A stretch of DNA of 64,000 nt, taken from positions 58,651-122,650 of the forward strand of contig CAVYQO010000010.1 in assembly GCA_963770655.1 (NCBI GenBank), in the 5' to 3' direction. Both the position numbers and the translations under genes were made by a program. The first letter of the stretch is position 1, and every line of letters begins with the position of its first letter. This DNA is from an uncultured Chloroflexia bacterium (lineage in GTDB: Bacteria > Chloroflexota > Anaerolineae > Anaerolineales > UBA4823). Positions 19,010 through 29,208 of the stretch are shown here, in pieces. The notes beneath the pieces were generated by a model. The model made no database searches. It was not told the origin of the DNA and saw only the letters and a list, made by a program, of their open reading frames with translations.

Positions 19010-19384
19010 CTACCTTCTCATGGAAGCAACGAAACCATTTAGATAAGGGATTAACCAGATAATCCATACCACAATGCTGAATTTGTGGAAATTAACGATA
19101 GCTTTCTCGTCTTTACGAGCTAAAACCAGCGAAGCCCAAACTGCATGGATGAACATCAAAACAATCGCAAGCACGCCGGTCAGCCCGTGAACGTTGAAAA
19201 GATCGGCATCAGACATCTCCATCATGATGCCAGTACCGATGGTATCACAAACAAAGCCTGCCCAGAAAAAGGCCAGGTGCCAACCCTTCAACCGGCCAGC
19301 CAGGCGCTCGCTCCAAACGCCAATGGTGTAAAACACCAGCGCCAGTGTAATCAAAATCACAGAAGACAGCATTTGGGTGGTCAT
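19010..19384 (-). CDS. small 4-TM membrane protein (HsmA-like, low-confidence family call)
   Basis: The internal ATG follows AAGGGAG, giving 124 aa (MTTQMLSSVILITLALVFYTIGVW...) with four hydrophobic helices. Confidence 0.6.
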   Translation of the reverse strand: MTTQMLSSVILITLALVFYTIGVWSERLAGRLKGWHLAFFWAGFVCDTIGTGIMMEMSDADLFNVHGLTGVLAIVLMFIHAVWASLVLARKDEKAIVNFHKFSIVVWIIWLIPYLNGFVASMRR

Positions 19385-19607
19385 CAGGTCTCCCTTCATT
19401 TTTACCATGCGAACAATTTTTGGCAGGAAAATCGTCTGGATTGATAGCCTGGATGCCATTATAGTACATGAGCGCCATCATCTACAGGTCACCGATTTTT
19501 TCCAGATCCCTTTTAACCGGTCACGCTTTAATAGGTTGACTTTCCTAGGCGAATCTGCAATAATCAATTCAGGCAAGGTTACAATTGCAGCCGAGGAGGA
19601 GGGAATC

Positions 19608-21982
19608 ATGGATCTTCATGAGCGTGAAATTATCCTGAGAGAAATCAGACGCTGGCAGGCGGAAGGTGTGCTGTCGGCGGACACCTGCCAGGTACTATTG
19701 GATCATTACGCCGAGCCGCCCGCGACCGCTGCCCCACCGGAAACCGATGAGGATCTGGAGCGCCAAAGGCCCCTGGCAAACGATGTTCCCAATGCTCGCC
19801 GCACTTCCTTCAGCCAGATTCTGCTCAGCGAGACTGCGGTGAACACCGCCCTGTATCTGGGTGGATTTTTTATCATCGTGGCCGCCTTCATCATCGCCGC
19901 GTTGGTAGCCAGCGCCCGCCTGCCCATACTGATCGCAGCAACACTGATCTTTCTGGGTGGCTCGCTCTTTACCCTGCGCCGGCTGCCCAGGTCAGCCTGG
20001 TATTGTTCCTGATCGGATCGGTGCTGATCCCCATCGATGCTCAGGTCATCTCCGGGATGCTCGATTTCAGCGGCCAGGCGATTTATGGTTATTGGGCAAT
20101 TGTCAGCCTCCTGGCTGCGTTAATCTGGGCGGGTGGGTTTGGCTTATTTCGTAACTGGATTTTTAGCTCCTTAGCATTTTTAGCGGCGGTTGCGGCAGTC
20201 TATCTTACCCTCCGTTGGTTCGATCCAGGTGAAGGATGGACCATATTGGCTCTTAGCCTGACGATGCTAGGCGCGGTCCTGCTCGCAGCCCGGCTGGGAG
20301 CGCACCTGGGAAAATCTCTGACCCTGCCCTTGCTGATCTTGTCGCAAATCGGGGAGGCCTTCATCATTGGTTGGCTGTTATTTAGTTTAATTCTGGGTCG
20401 AAATTCACCCACCGATTGGATTTTGGAGGCAGCCGCCTGGCTGCTCGCCGCCCTTTATTATGCCCTTAGCGACTGGGTGGTTCGCCGCAGGTATGTCTGG
20501 TCGCCATTCCCTCTTGCCGCGGCTGTTTGTCTGGGCGTGTTCCCCCTGTTTCTATTAGGCGCATCATTTCCTGATCCTGACCAGGTTGCCTGGTTGGCTT
20601 TCGGCTGGGGAATACTCCTTTCCCTGGCGGCCGAAATGTTTTACCGGCGCGAAGATGGCATGGAGAAATTCTACGGCTATGCCTTCTTTATAACCGGAGG
20701 GCTTCTGTTCGCCGGCGCGGTCGTCACCCAGGTCATCCTCGAGGACTTCTTACCAGGGGAGGTATTCCTGTTGGGGTTTGGGCTGCTCTACCTGCTGCTG
20801 CACCTGCGCCAGGTTCGCTGGTGGCTGTGGACCCCGGCGCTGCTGGCTTTCAGCCTGGCCTATTTCAACCTGTTCCTCAGTGGTCCTTTTGCTAATACAG
20901 CCATCTCGCCAGGGGCCATATTTTTGTTCCCGGCACTGTTCTTTTTGAGTCTCGACGTCCTGATTTACAAAGGCGTGCTCTTCCCCAGCAAGAAATCCGA
21001 CAGCCTCCCAATCCCGGCAAGCTGAATTTTGGGTACCGGTGTTATTGTTTGCCGGCCTGGCGTATCTGATCGATCTGCTAATCTTGCTCTCCAATAAGGG
21101 TGAAGCCTGGCCAGCCCAAATATTCCTGGTCTACGCCGTTTTCTTTGCTGTCTATGCCATACTCAGGTCCCAGCCGGTTGTGGGCTTGCTTTCCACGGGC
21201 AGCCTGGCGCTGGCTTTAGTCTATTCGCTGCTGTATATGAAGTCTGAGAACTCCTAGCGCCTTTGCTGCTCCTCGCAGTGATTTACTACCTGGTCGGCTT
21301 GGGGATGGCATTCCTGAGCCGCACGCACCGGTGGAGCGAGGTGGTCTTATGGAGCGGTCTTGGTCTCGGGGCGCTGGCGGCCTGCTTTGCTCCATTCGAG
21401 GAGGACTCATTCGCCATCCTGGGTGCGGCGTTGATTGCCCTTTTCTACGCAGTCGAAGGCTGGCGGCGGCGCTCGGTCTGGTATGGGCTGCCGGCCTGTC
21501 TGATCTTTTACCTGGCCTATCTAACAGCCCTGCGGCTGCTCGGTGTCAGCCAGCCGCAGTATTACTCCATCGGAGCGGCTGTACTGGGCGTCCTGATGCA
21601 CAATATCTTTCTGCGCAGCAAGAATCCAATCGCCGCAGTTATAACCGGGATCCTCACTATCCTGATCCTGCTATCGACCACCTTCACCCAGATGGTGCAA
21701 ACCGAGGAGTTGCGCTACTTCCTGCTGCTTTTCATTGAGGCCTTGGTTCTATTGGGCTATGGCCTGGTAATGCGCTCGCGTAGCTTATTCTTCCTGCCGA
21801 TCGTCTACCTGGTGCTGGCAACCATCGTGGTAATGACGACGGTGTTATCCGGTGTACCCACCGCCATGATTATCGGCTGCACCGGGCTGCTGCTGCTCTG
21901 CCTGGGCATCCTGGCCTTGGTGATCCGCGACCGCCTGGTCAAAGTTTCTGAACGGGTCGGCGAGCGCTTCAATATCTGGTAG
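19608..21982 (+). CDS. large polytopic membrane protein (DUF2157-like soluble N-terminus), fragmented by at least 3 frame disruptions
   Basis: ATG at 19608 follows GAGGAGGAGGG, giving MDLHEREIILREIRRWQAEGVLSADTCQVLLDHY. Four consecutive track ORFs (19377..20012, 20003..21025, 21039..21257, 21263..21982) are all helix-rich. They join smoothly if single-nt corrections are made near 19975-20000, 21000-21040 and 21248-21262. Confidence 0.5.
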
Positions 21983-22005
21983 ACTGTCGTTAAGGATAAT
22001 CCAAC

Positions 22006-22263
22006 ATGTCCAAATTAATCCCCGCCGCCGAGCGCATCACCCGCGCCCGCGCCTTGATCCAAACAGCCCGCGATTTACCGGTTCCCGCTGATGGCGGCAA
22101 ATATAATTTTTCCTATATTGCCAAGGTTAAAGACTATTTGCAGCAGGCGCGCGACCTGGTCAAGTTCATCCCGATGACCCCCAGCGCCACGCCGGAGATG
22201 AAAGCAGACGTCAAGCAGATTTTTGCCGAGGCCGACCAGGCCAACCAGGAAATATTGCACTGA
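22006..22263 (+). CDS. hypothetical small protein (85 aa)
   Basis: ORF with ordinary amino-acid composition, directly after the membrane protein gene. No recognisable motif. Confidence 0.45.
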   Translation: MSKLIPAAERITRARALIQTARDLPVPADGGKYNFSYIAKVKDYLQQARDLVKFIPMTPSATPEMKADVKQIFAEADQANQEILH

Positions 22264-22360
22264 TCATTCTAAAGGGTAATAACGCGGACAAAGGATTTTA
22301 AACACAGAATACGCGGATTGCTAGGATCGGATTGAGGCAAACGAACACGCCGGATCGCTC

Positions 22361-22969
22361 CTAAAATTTTCGATATGTCACCCAACTTTGGAACATGTCT
22401 GATCCGACCAGGCATTTTTGGGTTTTCAAAAGTGAGAAGGAGTGTCCTGTCAAAATTCTTTCGAGATATTCGCTCGAATGGGAGAAGATCTCGAACTCCC
22501 CGCTGATTTCCTGCAGGTATTTTTGCTCCGGGGCGAGCGGGATAGGTGGGACCCTGGTGGTGAAAGCGAAGAGACCGCCTGCGCGTAGAACTCGTTCGGC
22601 CTCGCCGAAAACGCCCTCCAGATCCGGGATAAAATGCAGCACGCCGCAGCAAACCACATGGTCGAAACTTTCCAGCGGGTACGGCCAGGGAATCTTTTGA
22701 ATGTCATGATTTTTCAGCCCGGCAGCGAAACCTTTTGCGGCGCAGATTTCAAGCATTGCCGTGGAAAAATCGAATCCATAAATCACAAGCCCTGCTTTCG
22801 CAAAGAGTGCAGCCGAAAGACCGCTGCCGATCCCGGGGTCCAGCACAGTCTGGCCGGGCTGGACTGCAGTGTAGCACAGTCCGAACAGCACCTCAGCGAT
22901 GTAGCAGCGGTACTCGCTCACCTGGCGATCGTAATCCCTGGCGTAGGCGTCATGCAGGGCAGAGTTCAT
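22361..22969 (-). CDS. class I SAM-dependent methyltransferase
   Basis: The internal ATG follows GAGGGAGG. Motif I is VLDPGIGSGLSA, followed by DFS and CCGVLHF. 202 aa. The upstream part of the 311-aa track ORF is rejected. Confidence 0.8.
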   Translation of the reverse strand: MNSALHDAYARDYDRQVSEYRCYIAEVLFGLCYTAVQPGQTVLDPGIGSGLSAALFAKAGLVIYGFDFSTAMLEICAAKGFAAGLKNHDIQKIPWPYPLESFDHVVCCGVLHFIPDLEGVFGEAERVLRAGGLFAFTTRVPPIPLAPEQKYLQEISGEFEIFSHSSEYLERILTGHSFSLLKTQKCLVGSDMFQSWVTYRKF

Positions 22970-22989
22970 CGGTTTACCTCCCTCAGAGA

Positions 22990-23337
22990 TTACCAGATCG
23001 TTCCCGATGCTTTGCCGGTTTTTCCGTCGAAATAGCTGCCGCCGTAAAAATACCAGCTCAGAGCTTCCATCGCAGCCCTGGCGTTTTGGGCCGTCAGGCT
23101 CGGAACCTGCTCCGGGTTGATCGCTCCCAGGTACCACCTTCCCGAGGCGGTGAAAGCCTCGTCCTCCTGGTGCAGCCGGAGCCAGGGCCGCCCGCAGATG
23201 GGGCAGGCCAGGATGGCGACCTCGCGGTAGGCTGCGTCCATACCCAGATCCACCGTGACGGGCTTGTTCGGGTTCGGAGAAGCCATGCAGGTGCACGGCG
23301 TGGGCTGCTCGGGGGATCGTAGATCGAAATCAGACAT
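22990..23337 (-). CDS. hypothetical protein (115 aa, CPICG zinc-ribbon-like motif)
   Basis: The ORF ends 20 nt before the methyltransferase start and has plausible composition. Confidence 0.45.
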   Translation of the reverse strand: MSDFDLRSPEQPTPCTCMASPNPNKPVTVDLGMDAAYREVAILACPICGRPWLRLHQEDEAFTASGRWYLGAINPEQVPSLTAQNARAAMEALSWYFYGGSYFDGKTGKASGTIW

Positions 23338-23400
23338 AGCGATGACCGGTGTTCGTATTCTAACCCCAACCAGGGAAAAGCGCTCGCCAAATAGTTTTCA

Positions 23401-23520
23401 ATCCGCTCCCTGGCCGAATGGCTGTTGGAAAATTGAGCGGAGGATCGCCTCGAGTTCACACATCCGCAGGTAAATCTTGCAGTTCATCGACTAAACTTCG
23501 GAAAGCGCTGACCCCGTCGC
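23401..23520. repeat. direct repeat copy A (about 120 bp)
   Basis: Aligns by eye with 25428-25546 at roughly 85-90 percent identity. It covers the last 20 or so codons of a small minus-strand gene (...DGVSAFRSLVDELQDLPADV stop) plus about 55 nt of 3' flank. Confidence 0.8.
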
Positions 23521-23727
23521 CACCTTTGCCGTGCAGCTCCAGATAGCGCCGCTCCAGGCGATCATCTGCCTTTCCCGATTGCTCCAGCAGCTTACACTTC
23601 GCCTGGCGCAGCAGGAGGATCTCCTGCCGGGCTGTCCCGCTGTCCGGGATCGTCGCCGGCTGGGGTAGGAGGCGCAGTTTTGCGTCACGGCCTCCGCGTT
23701 AGAATCCGGAAAAGCTGCTGTCTCCAA
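23456..23727 (-). CDS. small hypothetical protein (about 90 aa) needing a 1-nt correction in an A4 run (23678-23681)
   Basis: The track ORF 23491..23727 gives METAAFPDSNAEAVTQ. With one extra A the frame continues KLRLLPQPATIPDSGTARQEILLLRQAKCKLLEQSGKADDRLERRYLELHGKGGDGVSAFRSLVDELQDLPADV, with a stop at 23456-23458. Confidence 0.4.
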
Positions 23728-23859
23728 ATAGGATATACTCTATACTTGCTGTCGTCAGACCAGGGGCGGATACTGCCGGAAAGGATGCACGGTGTCTGCA
23801 CCCTGACCGCCGTCCAAGCCTGGCGTGACCCACTACTGCTGACAAACACGGAGAACGAC

Positions 23860-24312
23860 ATGTCGACCGAAATCATCCAGTTCATTATTACTGCGCTGCT
23901 CTTCCTGCAAGGAGTTTCGCATGGTCGCGGGGCTATAGCGCTCATAAAACAGTCCATGAGCCGCTCATCTGGGGCGTGGCTGCCTCTGCGATCATGGCTG
24001 CTCCCCTCACTCGCTCCTCCTACCGCCGCAGGGCTGGCAAGTATCTTCTGGCTTCTCGCCGCAATTGGATTCATCGCATCCTCCCTGTCATTCTGGGGCT
24101 TCCTCATCCCCGGCGATCTCTGGCGGCAGCTTGCGATTGCATCCGCCATCATTTCGACCCTGGGCATCGGGCTGTTTTCCGGAACGTGGCCGGGAGCGCC
24201 ATCCCGCAGCCTGTCGACTGCCGATACCGTCATCGCCCTGGTATTAAACTTCGCCATTCTCGTGGCGCTGCTTGTGCTGCACTGGCCTCCCTACACAATG
24301 TTTGGAAAGTGA
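23860..24312 (+). CDS. membrane protein (150 aa, 4 predicted helices)
   Basis: The internal ATG at 23860 follows GGAGA, giving MSTEIIQFIITALLFLQGVSHG... Confidence 0.6.
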   Translation: MSTEIIQFIITALLFLQGVSHGRGAIALIKQSMSRSSGAWLPLRSWLLPSLAPPTAAGLASIFWLLAAIGFIASSLSFWGFLIPGDLWRQLAIASAIISTLGIGLFSGTWPGAPSRSLSTADTVIALVLNFAILVALLVLHWPPYTMFGK

Positions 24313-24381
24313 AAGAACTCCCGCCAGGCAGCACAGCCCGGGCGGCAGTCCCTTATCGACCCGGGATAAGAAAGAGAAATC

Positions 24382-24825
24382 ATGACAACCAATGAGCCCG
24401 TCTTTGACAGCCCGGTCGGGAATGTAAAGTCTCACATTCGGGAGTACGTGCAAAGCGATGGCAAGAAAGGCCACCTGTACCGCGGGTTGCCCACGCTGCT
24501 TTTGACCACGCGCGGTCGCAAATCCGGCAAGCTGCGCCGAATAGCCCTGATCTATGGCCAGGACGGGGAGAATTATGTGGTGGTGGCCTCCAACGCTGGC
24601 GCTGCCCATCATCCGTACTGGTATCTTAATCTCGTTGCTGACCCGCTGGTCGATGTGCAGGTCGGCGCGAACAAGTTCTCTGCCCGCGCGCGCATCGCCG
24701 GCGTCGCCGAAAAGGCGCTCTTATGGCCGCGAATGGTCGCGATCTTTCCCCAATACATCCGATATCAGGCCAAAACCAGGCGGGAGATTCCATTGGTGAT
24801 CCTGGAGCCGGTCCGGCGCGGTTGA
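24382..24825 (+). CDS. deazaflavin(F420)-dependent nitroreductase-family (DDN/split-barrel) protein
   Basis: LLLTTRGRKSGKLRRIALIYG, YVVVASNAGAAHHPYWYLNL, REIPLVILEP. Confidence 0.75.
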   Translation: MTTNEPVFDSPVGNVKSHIREYVQSDGKKGHLYRGLPTLLLTTRGRKSGKLRRIALIYGQDGENYVVVASNAGAAHHPYWYLNLVADPLVDVQVGANKFSARARIAGVAEKALLWPRMVAIFPQYIRYQAKTRREIPLVILEPVRRG

Positions 24826-24862
24826 TTTCCAGGAAGATTTTCTTTTACCTTAGGAGCAGCAC

Positions 24863-25399
24863 ATGGATAACTCATTCTTCACATCAGATTTATTCCGTTT
24901 TGGCTCAACCTTGCTGGGTATCGTTATTTCTTCCTGGGTGATCATTTCGCATCTCAAAGAGCGCACGCCTGGAAAGGTATTTGAAGTCATTGCGATGGTC
25001 ACTTTCGGAATAGGTGGTTTTGCCAGTATCATCTCGTTTGTGATGCATTTCTTCTTTTCAGACATGGTGGCAAGTTCAATCGGTTGGCCCCTGGACAGTC
25101 CCTTCCAGAAGGAAGTTGCTGGAGCAAACCTGGCGGTGGGCTTGCTCGGCTTTTTGGGTTTCTGGCGCCGCGATTTCTGGCTTCCGTATATAATTTCCAA
25201 AACTGCTTTCCTTTGGATCGCTGGGATAGCCCATGTGGTTGACCTGTTCCAGCATCAAAACCTGGCGACCGGCAACGCCGGGCTTACCCTTTACATGGAC
25301 TTCATCTGGCCGCTGATTTATATCCTTTTATTTTGGCTTACCACCCACTTTGGCAAACCGGCTCCACCCGGATTCGTGTATAGCAAGCCGCAGTTGTAA
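24863..25399 (+). CDS. membrane protein (178 aa)
   Basis: Five hydrophobic helices. No recognised motif. Confidence 0.55.
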   Translation: MDNSFFTSDLFRFGSTLLGIVISSWVIISHLKERTPGKVFEVIAMVTFGIGGFASIISFVMHFFFSDMVASSIGWPLDSPFQKEVAGANLAVGLLGFLGFWRRDFWLPYIISKTAFLWIAGIAHVVDLFQHQNLATGNAGLTLYMDFIWPLIYILLFWLTTHFGKPAPPGFVYSKPQL

Positions 25400-25427
25400 G
25401 CGCATCCCCAAACCCTTTTTAATCACG

Positions 25428-25546
25428 CTCCGCTCTCTGGCCGGATGGCTGTTGGAAAATTGAGCGGAGGCTCGCCTCGAGTCACTCATCCGCAGTAAAA
25501 TCACGCATTTCATCGGCTAAACTTCGGAAAGCGCTGATCCCGTCGC
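25428..25546. repeat. direct repeat copy B (about 120 bp)
   Basis: Matches 23401-23520. Only the last 23 or so codons of the paralogous small ORF remain ([24 protein letters not shown] stop). Confidence 0.8.
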
Positions 25547-25552
25547 TGCTTT

Positions 25553-25858
25553 CAATTTAATTTAGATAACCGCCTGGCGCAGGGGATTGCTCGCGCCGGC
25601 TACACCAATCCGACCCCCATCCAGACCGCGGCGATCCCGCCCATCCTGGCCGGCAAGGATATCATCGGCACCGCCCAAACCGGCACCGGCAAGACCGCTG
25701 CCTTTGTCCTGCCGATTTTGCATAAACTGCTCGACGGGCCGCGCGGCCATACTCGCGTCCTGATCGTCACCCCCACACGCGAGCTGGCGGAGCAGATCCA
25801 CCAGACCATCCAGGAGTTCAGCAAGGGCACCCGCCTGCGCATCCTTAATTATCTTTAA
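25553..25858 (+). pseudogene. DEAD-box RNA helicase fragment (Q motif to motif Ia only)
   Basis: Manual plus-strand translation: [100 protein letters not shown] stop. There is no start codon, and the frame opens after the TGA at 25535. Motifs II-VI are absent. Confidence 0.75.
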
Positions 25859-25884
25859 CGTCAGTACGGGAAAAAGGTGAATCT

Positions 25885-25925
25885 TGTTGCTGATTTTGGC
25901 GGTGTAGCCGCCAAAATCAGCAACA
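25885..25925 (-). terminator. strong hairpin 4 nt after the stop of the last gene of the sugar-acid cluster
   Basis: TGTTGCTGATTTTGGCGG - TGTAG - CCGCCAAAATCAGCAACA, an 18-bp perfect stem. A weak U-run lies 9 nt further on the minus transcript. Confidence 0.5.
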
Positions 25926-25929
25926 GCAA

Positions 25930-26739
25930 TTATTTATCCAGCGGGCGCAGCGTTTCAATGCAGCGCTGCGCCGCAGTTTCGGCGTCCGGTTGGGGCAAGA
26001 ATTCGCCGGAGACCCAGCCGGCATAGCCGGTCCCAAAAAGTGTATTCAGAATAGCGCTGAAATCCAGGTGGCCTGCGCCGGGGTGCCAGCGGTTGGAGTC
26101 GGCTACGTGGAAGTGAACAATGTGCCCTCGGCAGGCCCGGATGCTCGCTTCGATATTTGCTTCTTCGATGTTCATGTGAAAGGTGTCGAGCAGCAGCCCG
26201 AAGTTATCCGTCCCGACCTGTTCGATCAGCGCCAGCCCCTGGGCGGTGTTGTTAATCAGGGTTGTTTCATAGCGGTTAATCGGCTCGAGCGCCAGGCGGA
26301 TGCCGTGCGGGCGGGCGGCCCGGCTGCATTCCACCAGGGCCTCCACCAGCCAATCCATTGCCTGGTGAGGATCCACGCCAGGTTTGACGATGCCGCGAAT
26401 CAAGCCGATGATAATCACTGCTCCGAAGCGTGATGCGGCTGGGATGTGGCTTTTAATTCGCTCGATGGCTTTCCGGCGAATTTCAGGCACGGGATCGGTG
26501 AACGACAGCCCTTCTTCGCCCCAGGCCTGGCCGGTGCCGATGGCCGGGACGCGTAGCCCGTTCTGTTGGACGAGCTCCGCCAGGGAGTCCAGATCAATCA
26601 GCCGCGGGTCACGGATGGCAAGCTCGACGCCGTCATAACCTAGGGAGGCAATGCGGGCAAGGTTGGCCGCCAGGTCGCCCTTGAAGGTCGCGGCCTGGAA
26701 CTGGGCAGGTTGGGTGGAAAGAACAATGGATAGCTTCAT
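25930..26739 (-). CDS. xylose-isomerase-like TIM-barrel sugar(-acid) epimerase/isomerase (IolO-like position)
   Basis: MKLSIVLS...GYDGVELAIRD...FHVADSNRWHPGAGHLDF. Start is taken at the ATG at 26739; a GTG at 26772 is also possible. Confidence 0.75.
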   Translation of the reverse strand: MKLSIVLSTQPAQFQAATFKGDLAANLARIASLGYDGVELAIRDPRLIDLDSLAELVQQNGLRVPAIGTGQAWGEEGLSFTDPVPEIRRKAIERIKSHIPAASRFGAVIIIGLIRGIVKPGVDPHQAMDWLVEALVECSRAARPHGIRLALEPINRYETTLINNTAQGLALIEQVGTDNFGLLLDTFHMNIEEANIEASIRACRGHIVHFHVADSNRWHPGAGHLDFSAILNTLFGTGYAGWVSGEFLPQPDAETAAQRCIETLRPLDK

Positions 26740-26749
26740 AGGTTCGGTA

Positions 26750-26775
26750 GGGGTGCACACAACTGTGTGCACCCC
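26750..26775. promoter_or_regulatory. inverted repeat GGGGTGCACACA-AC-TGTGTGCACCCC
   Basis: 12-nt perfect arms in the 74-nt gap between two cluster genes. The half-site is related to the TGCACAC palindromes at 31329 and 38687. Confidence 0.4.
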
Positions 26776-26813
26776 TATGGATGACCCGATAACTCCTTAC
26801 GGATAACTAATCC

Positions 26814-28010
26814 CTACTTCGCCAGGTAAGTCACTTTGCATTCCGAGCGATCGGTCTGCAGCCGGATGACATTCTCAGGCAGTTCTTCAAGACCGATCTT
26901 CTTGGTGCTCATCGGGGTCATGTCCATGCCAGAGGCCATGCACTCGATCACCCGCGGGAAGTTGCCATGCCCGGAGTGTCCCTGGGCGCCGACGATCCGC
27001 GCTTTGCGTACCTGAAGCACTTCTCCCGTCACAGGCATCTTTGCTTCGGCGCGGGCGGTCACCACCAGGGTGCTTAACAAGGTTCGCCCTTCCCAGATGA
27101 CGCGTTCGATCCCAGGGTAAACGATTTCGGGCAGTCCGGTGGCTTCCATGAACAAATCCGCGCCCATGCCATCGGTGATTTCGAGGACGCGATCAGCGAA
27201 ATCTTCCTTGGTGGGGTCGATGTGAAAATCCGCGCCAAGTTTCAGCGCCATCGCAGCCCGTTCTTTTTGGGTCTCGGAAATGATGACCTTCGATGCCCCG
27301 GCGCGCTTCAGGATTGCGCAAGCCGCGATTCCAACCGGACCGGCGCCAAGGATCACGACCCGATCACCAGGGCGGATCCCGCCGCCGCGCTCGATGACGG
27401 CATTGTAGGCCACTGCCGTGGGTTCCACCAGGCTGCCGGCGATGAAGATGTCATCGCCGCTGTAACGCTCGCGCAGCGGCTCCAGGCTCCACAGCGTGCG
27501 CGAGGGCAAGACGATATAGCGGGTGTAGGCGCCGTTGACATTAAAACCAACTTCGTCTAATTGTTCGCAGTGATTGGGTTGGCCGTCGGCGCAGGGTTTA
27601 CACTGACCGCACCAAAGCATTTCTTCGGTGGTAACAGCCTCGCCGCCTTTGAAGGGCTTGTTTGTGCGCTTGTCACGCGCGTTCTTGCCCGCTTCGACAA
27701 CCACACCCGAGAACTCGTGTCCCAGGATGCTCGGAAAGCCGGTCAAGCCTGGGTAGAAGATATATCCGTCCCGGTCAGCCTGGGACATATGCACGTCAGA
27801 GCCGCAGATACCGCAAGCCTTGACTTCCATCAGAACTTCTTCCGGTCCCGGGGTGGGGATGTCATACTCGCGGATCTCAAAGCGCGGATGTCGCCACACC
27901 TGGCTTCCCAAATACGTCTGTCGGCCTTCGATGTCTTTTCTACCAAGCTTGAAGCCTGGCTTGGGATCCCAATCTGCGATCAGGGTTACGCCTGGCATTG
28001 TTCCATTCAT
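26814..28010 (-). CDS. zinc-dependent medium-chain dehydrogenase (IolM-like position)
   Basis: GICGSDVHM, GHEFSG, CGQCKPCADG (structural Zn), and the Rossmann motif ILGAGPVG. Confidence 0.8.
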   Translation of the reverse strand: MNGTMPGVTLIADWDPKPGFKLGRKDIEGRQTYLGSQVWRHPRFEIREYDIPTPGPEEVLMEVKACGICGSDVHMSQADRDGYIFYPGLTGFPSILGHEFSGVVVEAGKNARDKRTNKPFKGGEAVTTEEMLWCGQCKPCADGQPNHCEQLDEVGFNVNGAYTRYIVLPSRTLWSLEPLRERYSGDDIFIAGSLVEPTAVAYNAVIERGGGIRPGDRVVILGAGPVGIAACAILKRAGASKVIISETQKERAAMALKLGADFHIDPTKEDFADRVLEITDGMGADLFMEATGLPEIVYPGIERVIWEGRTLLSTLVVTARAEAKMPVTGEVLQVRKARIVGAQGHSGHGNFPRVIECMASGMDMTPMSTKKIGLEELPENVIRLQTDRSECKVTYLAK

Positions 28011-28047
28011 GATTCTCTCCTATTTTGATAATGGATTGGCTCCAAGG

Positions 28048-29169
28048 TTATACTTCCGTACCCTGGCCAATGCGCGGGATAGAATAAACTGTCTTCCAGC
28101 CCTTGCTGAGCGGTTCGCGCAGGTAGGGTTCCATTTCTGCTTCGGTGCGCAGGGTCACTTTCTCAACCGGCGGGACGCTTCCGGACGGGAAAGCATCGAG
28201 AACATCGTCATGCCACAGGGTCAGGTATTTGAGGATGGCAGCCATCGGGCGTTTGGCTTTTTGCGCTGCGCCGGATTTGGCTTTGCCGACCACGCCCTCT
28301 GGGGTGGCGGCGATTTCGATGGCAAAGTGCCCTTCGCCCTCAGACCAGCGGCTTGGGCGCCCGTATGGGTCGACTGATTTATCGAAATGTCCCTCAGGCA
28401 GGTAAGCGATACCCTCGGTATCCACGGCGTAGTCCATATCGACCATTTCGGGATGCAGCAGCAAGCTGAGCGAGGTTTCGGATTCATCGGCATGGACAAA
28501 GTTGGTGCCCATTTGCCCGCCGCGCTCGACCGGGCGGAAAAACTCGCGTACGCCGCGATGCCAGTCAATCACCCGGAAAATGCCCGGAAGCTGGTAGCGC
28601 TTCTGGAATTCCTGCACCGCCGATTCGAGCATCCATAATTGTCCGTGATTGTTGACGATGAGCTGCTTGCGGAAACCGTCATTCCACAGCCCAAGCATGA
28701 CGTCAATCATCATCTCGCGCACCACGTGCTCACGCACGATCACCGTGCCGGGCATGCCCAGGTGATGATAGGGGTGGCCGCCGTAGTTCAGCGGAGGCAG
28801 GGCCAGGTTTACCGCTGCGCCGCGCTTGGCAGTAAAGCGGCGCACACCTTCGCAAATCGCGCTGACGTAGAGCGTGTCGGCGGCGCTGGGCAGGTGCTGG
28901 CCGTGAAGTTCAGTGCAGCCAACCGGAATGAATACCACGTCGTTCTTTTTGCGATTGGCTTCCACTTTCCAGCGGGTAGTGGTCTGGATGTAAGAACCGG
29001 GCTTGCCCCATTCCACTGGCGATGGGATCCCATAGTCGGCCAGGATGGCATCGATCTGTTCGTCGCTGGCTTCCCAGACTTCCTTTTTCATCCTCCCCAC
29101 AGCATTATCTTCGAAGAAAAGATCAGCCTGGTTGGTGGGGAGAAATCCTTGCGGAACAGTTGTTAACAT
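28048..29169 (-). CDS. creatininase-family metal hydrolase (IolN-like position), with extensions at both ends
   Basis: IPVGCTELHGQHLP, NNHGQ, HADESETS. Confidence 0.75.
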   Translation of the reverse strand: MLTTVPQGFLPTNQADLFFEDNAVGRMKKEVWEASDEQIDAILADYGIPSPVEWGKPGSYIQTTTRWKVEANRKKNDVVFIPVGCTELHGQHLPSAADTLYVSAICEGVRRFTAKRGAAVNLALPPLNYGGHPYHHLGMPGTVIVREHVVREMMIDVMLGLWNDGFRKQLIVNNHGQLWMLESAVQEFQKRYQLPGIFRVIDWHRGVREFFRPVERGGQMGTNFVHADESETSLSLLLHPEMVDMDYAVDTEGIAYLPEGHFDKSVDPYGRPSRWSEGEGHFAIEIAATPEGVVGKAKSGAAQKAKRPMAAILKYLTLWHDDVLDAFPSGSVPPVEKVTLRTEAEMEPYLREPLSKGWKTVYSIPRIGQGTEV

Positions 29170-29208
29170 GTTAGTGCTCCTTTACGAATAGTTTGTGTAG
29201 TAAAAAAT

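Noticed and set aside
26750-26775. The GGGGTGCACACA/TGTGTGCACCCC inverted repeat as a plain intrinsic terminator.
   Set aside because: No U-tract follows on the coding (minus) strand. A downstream cluster gene begins 11 nt later. The half-site is shared with two other palindromes at promoter-proximal positions.
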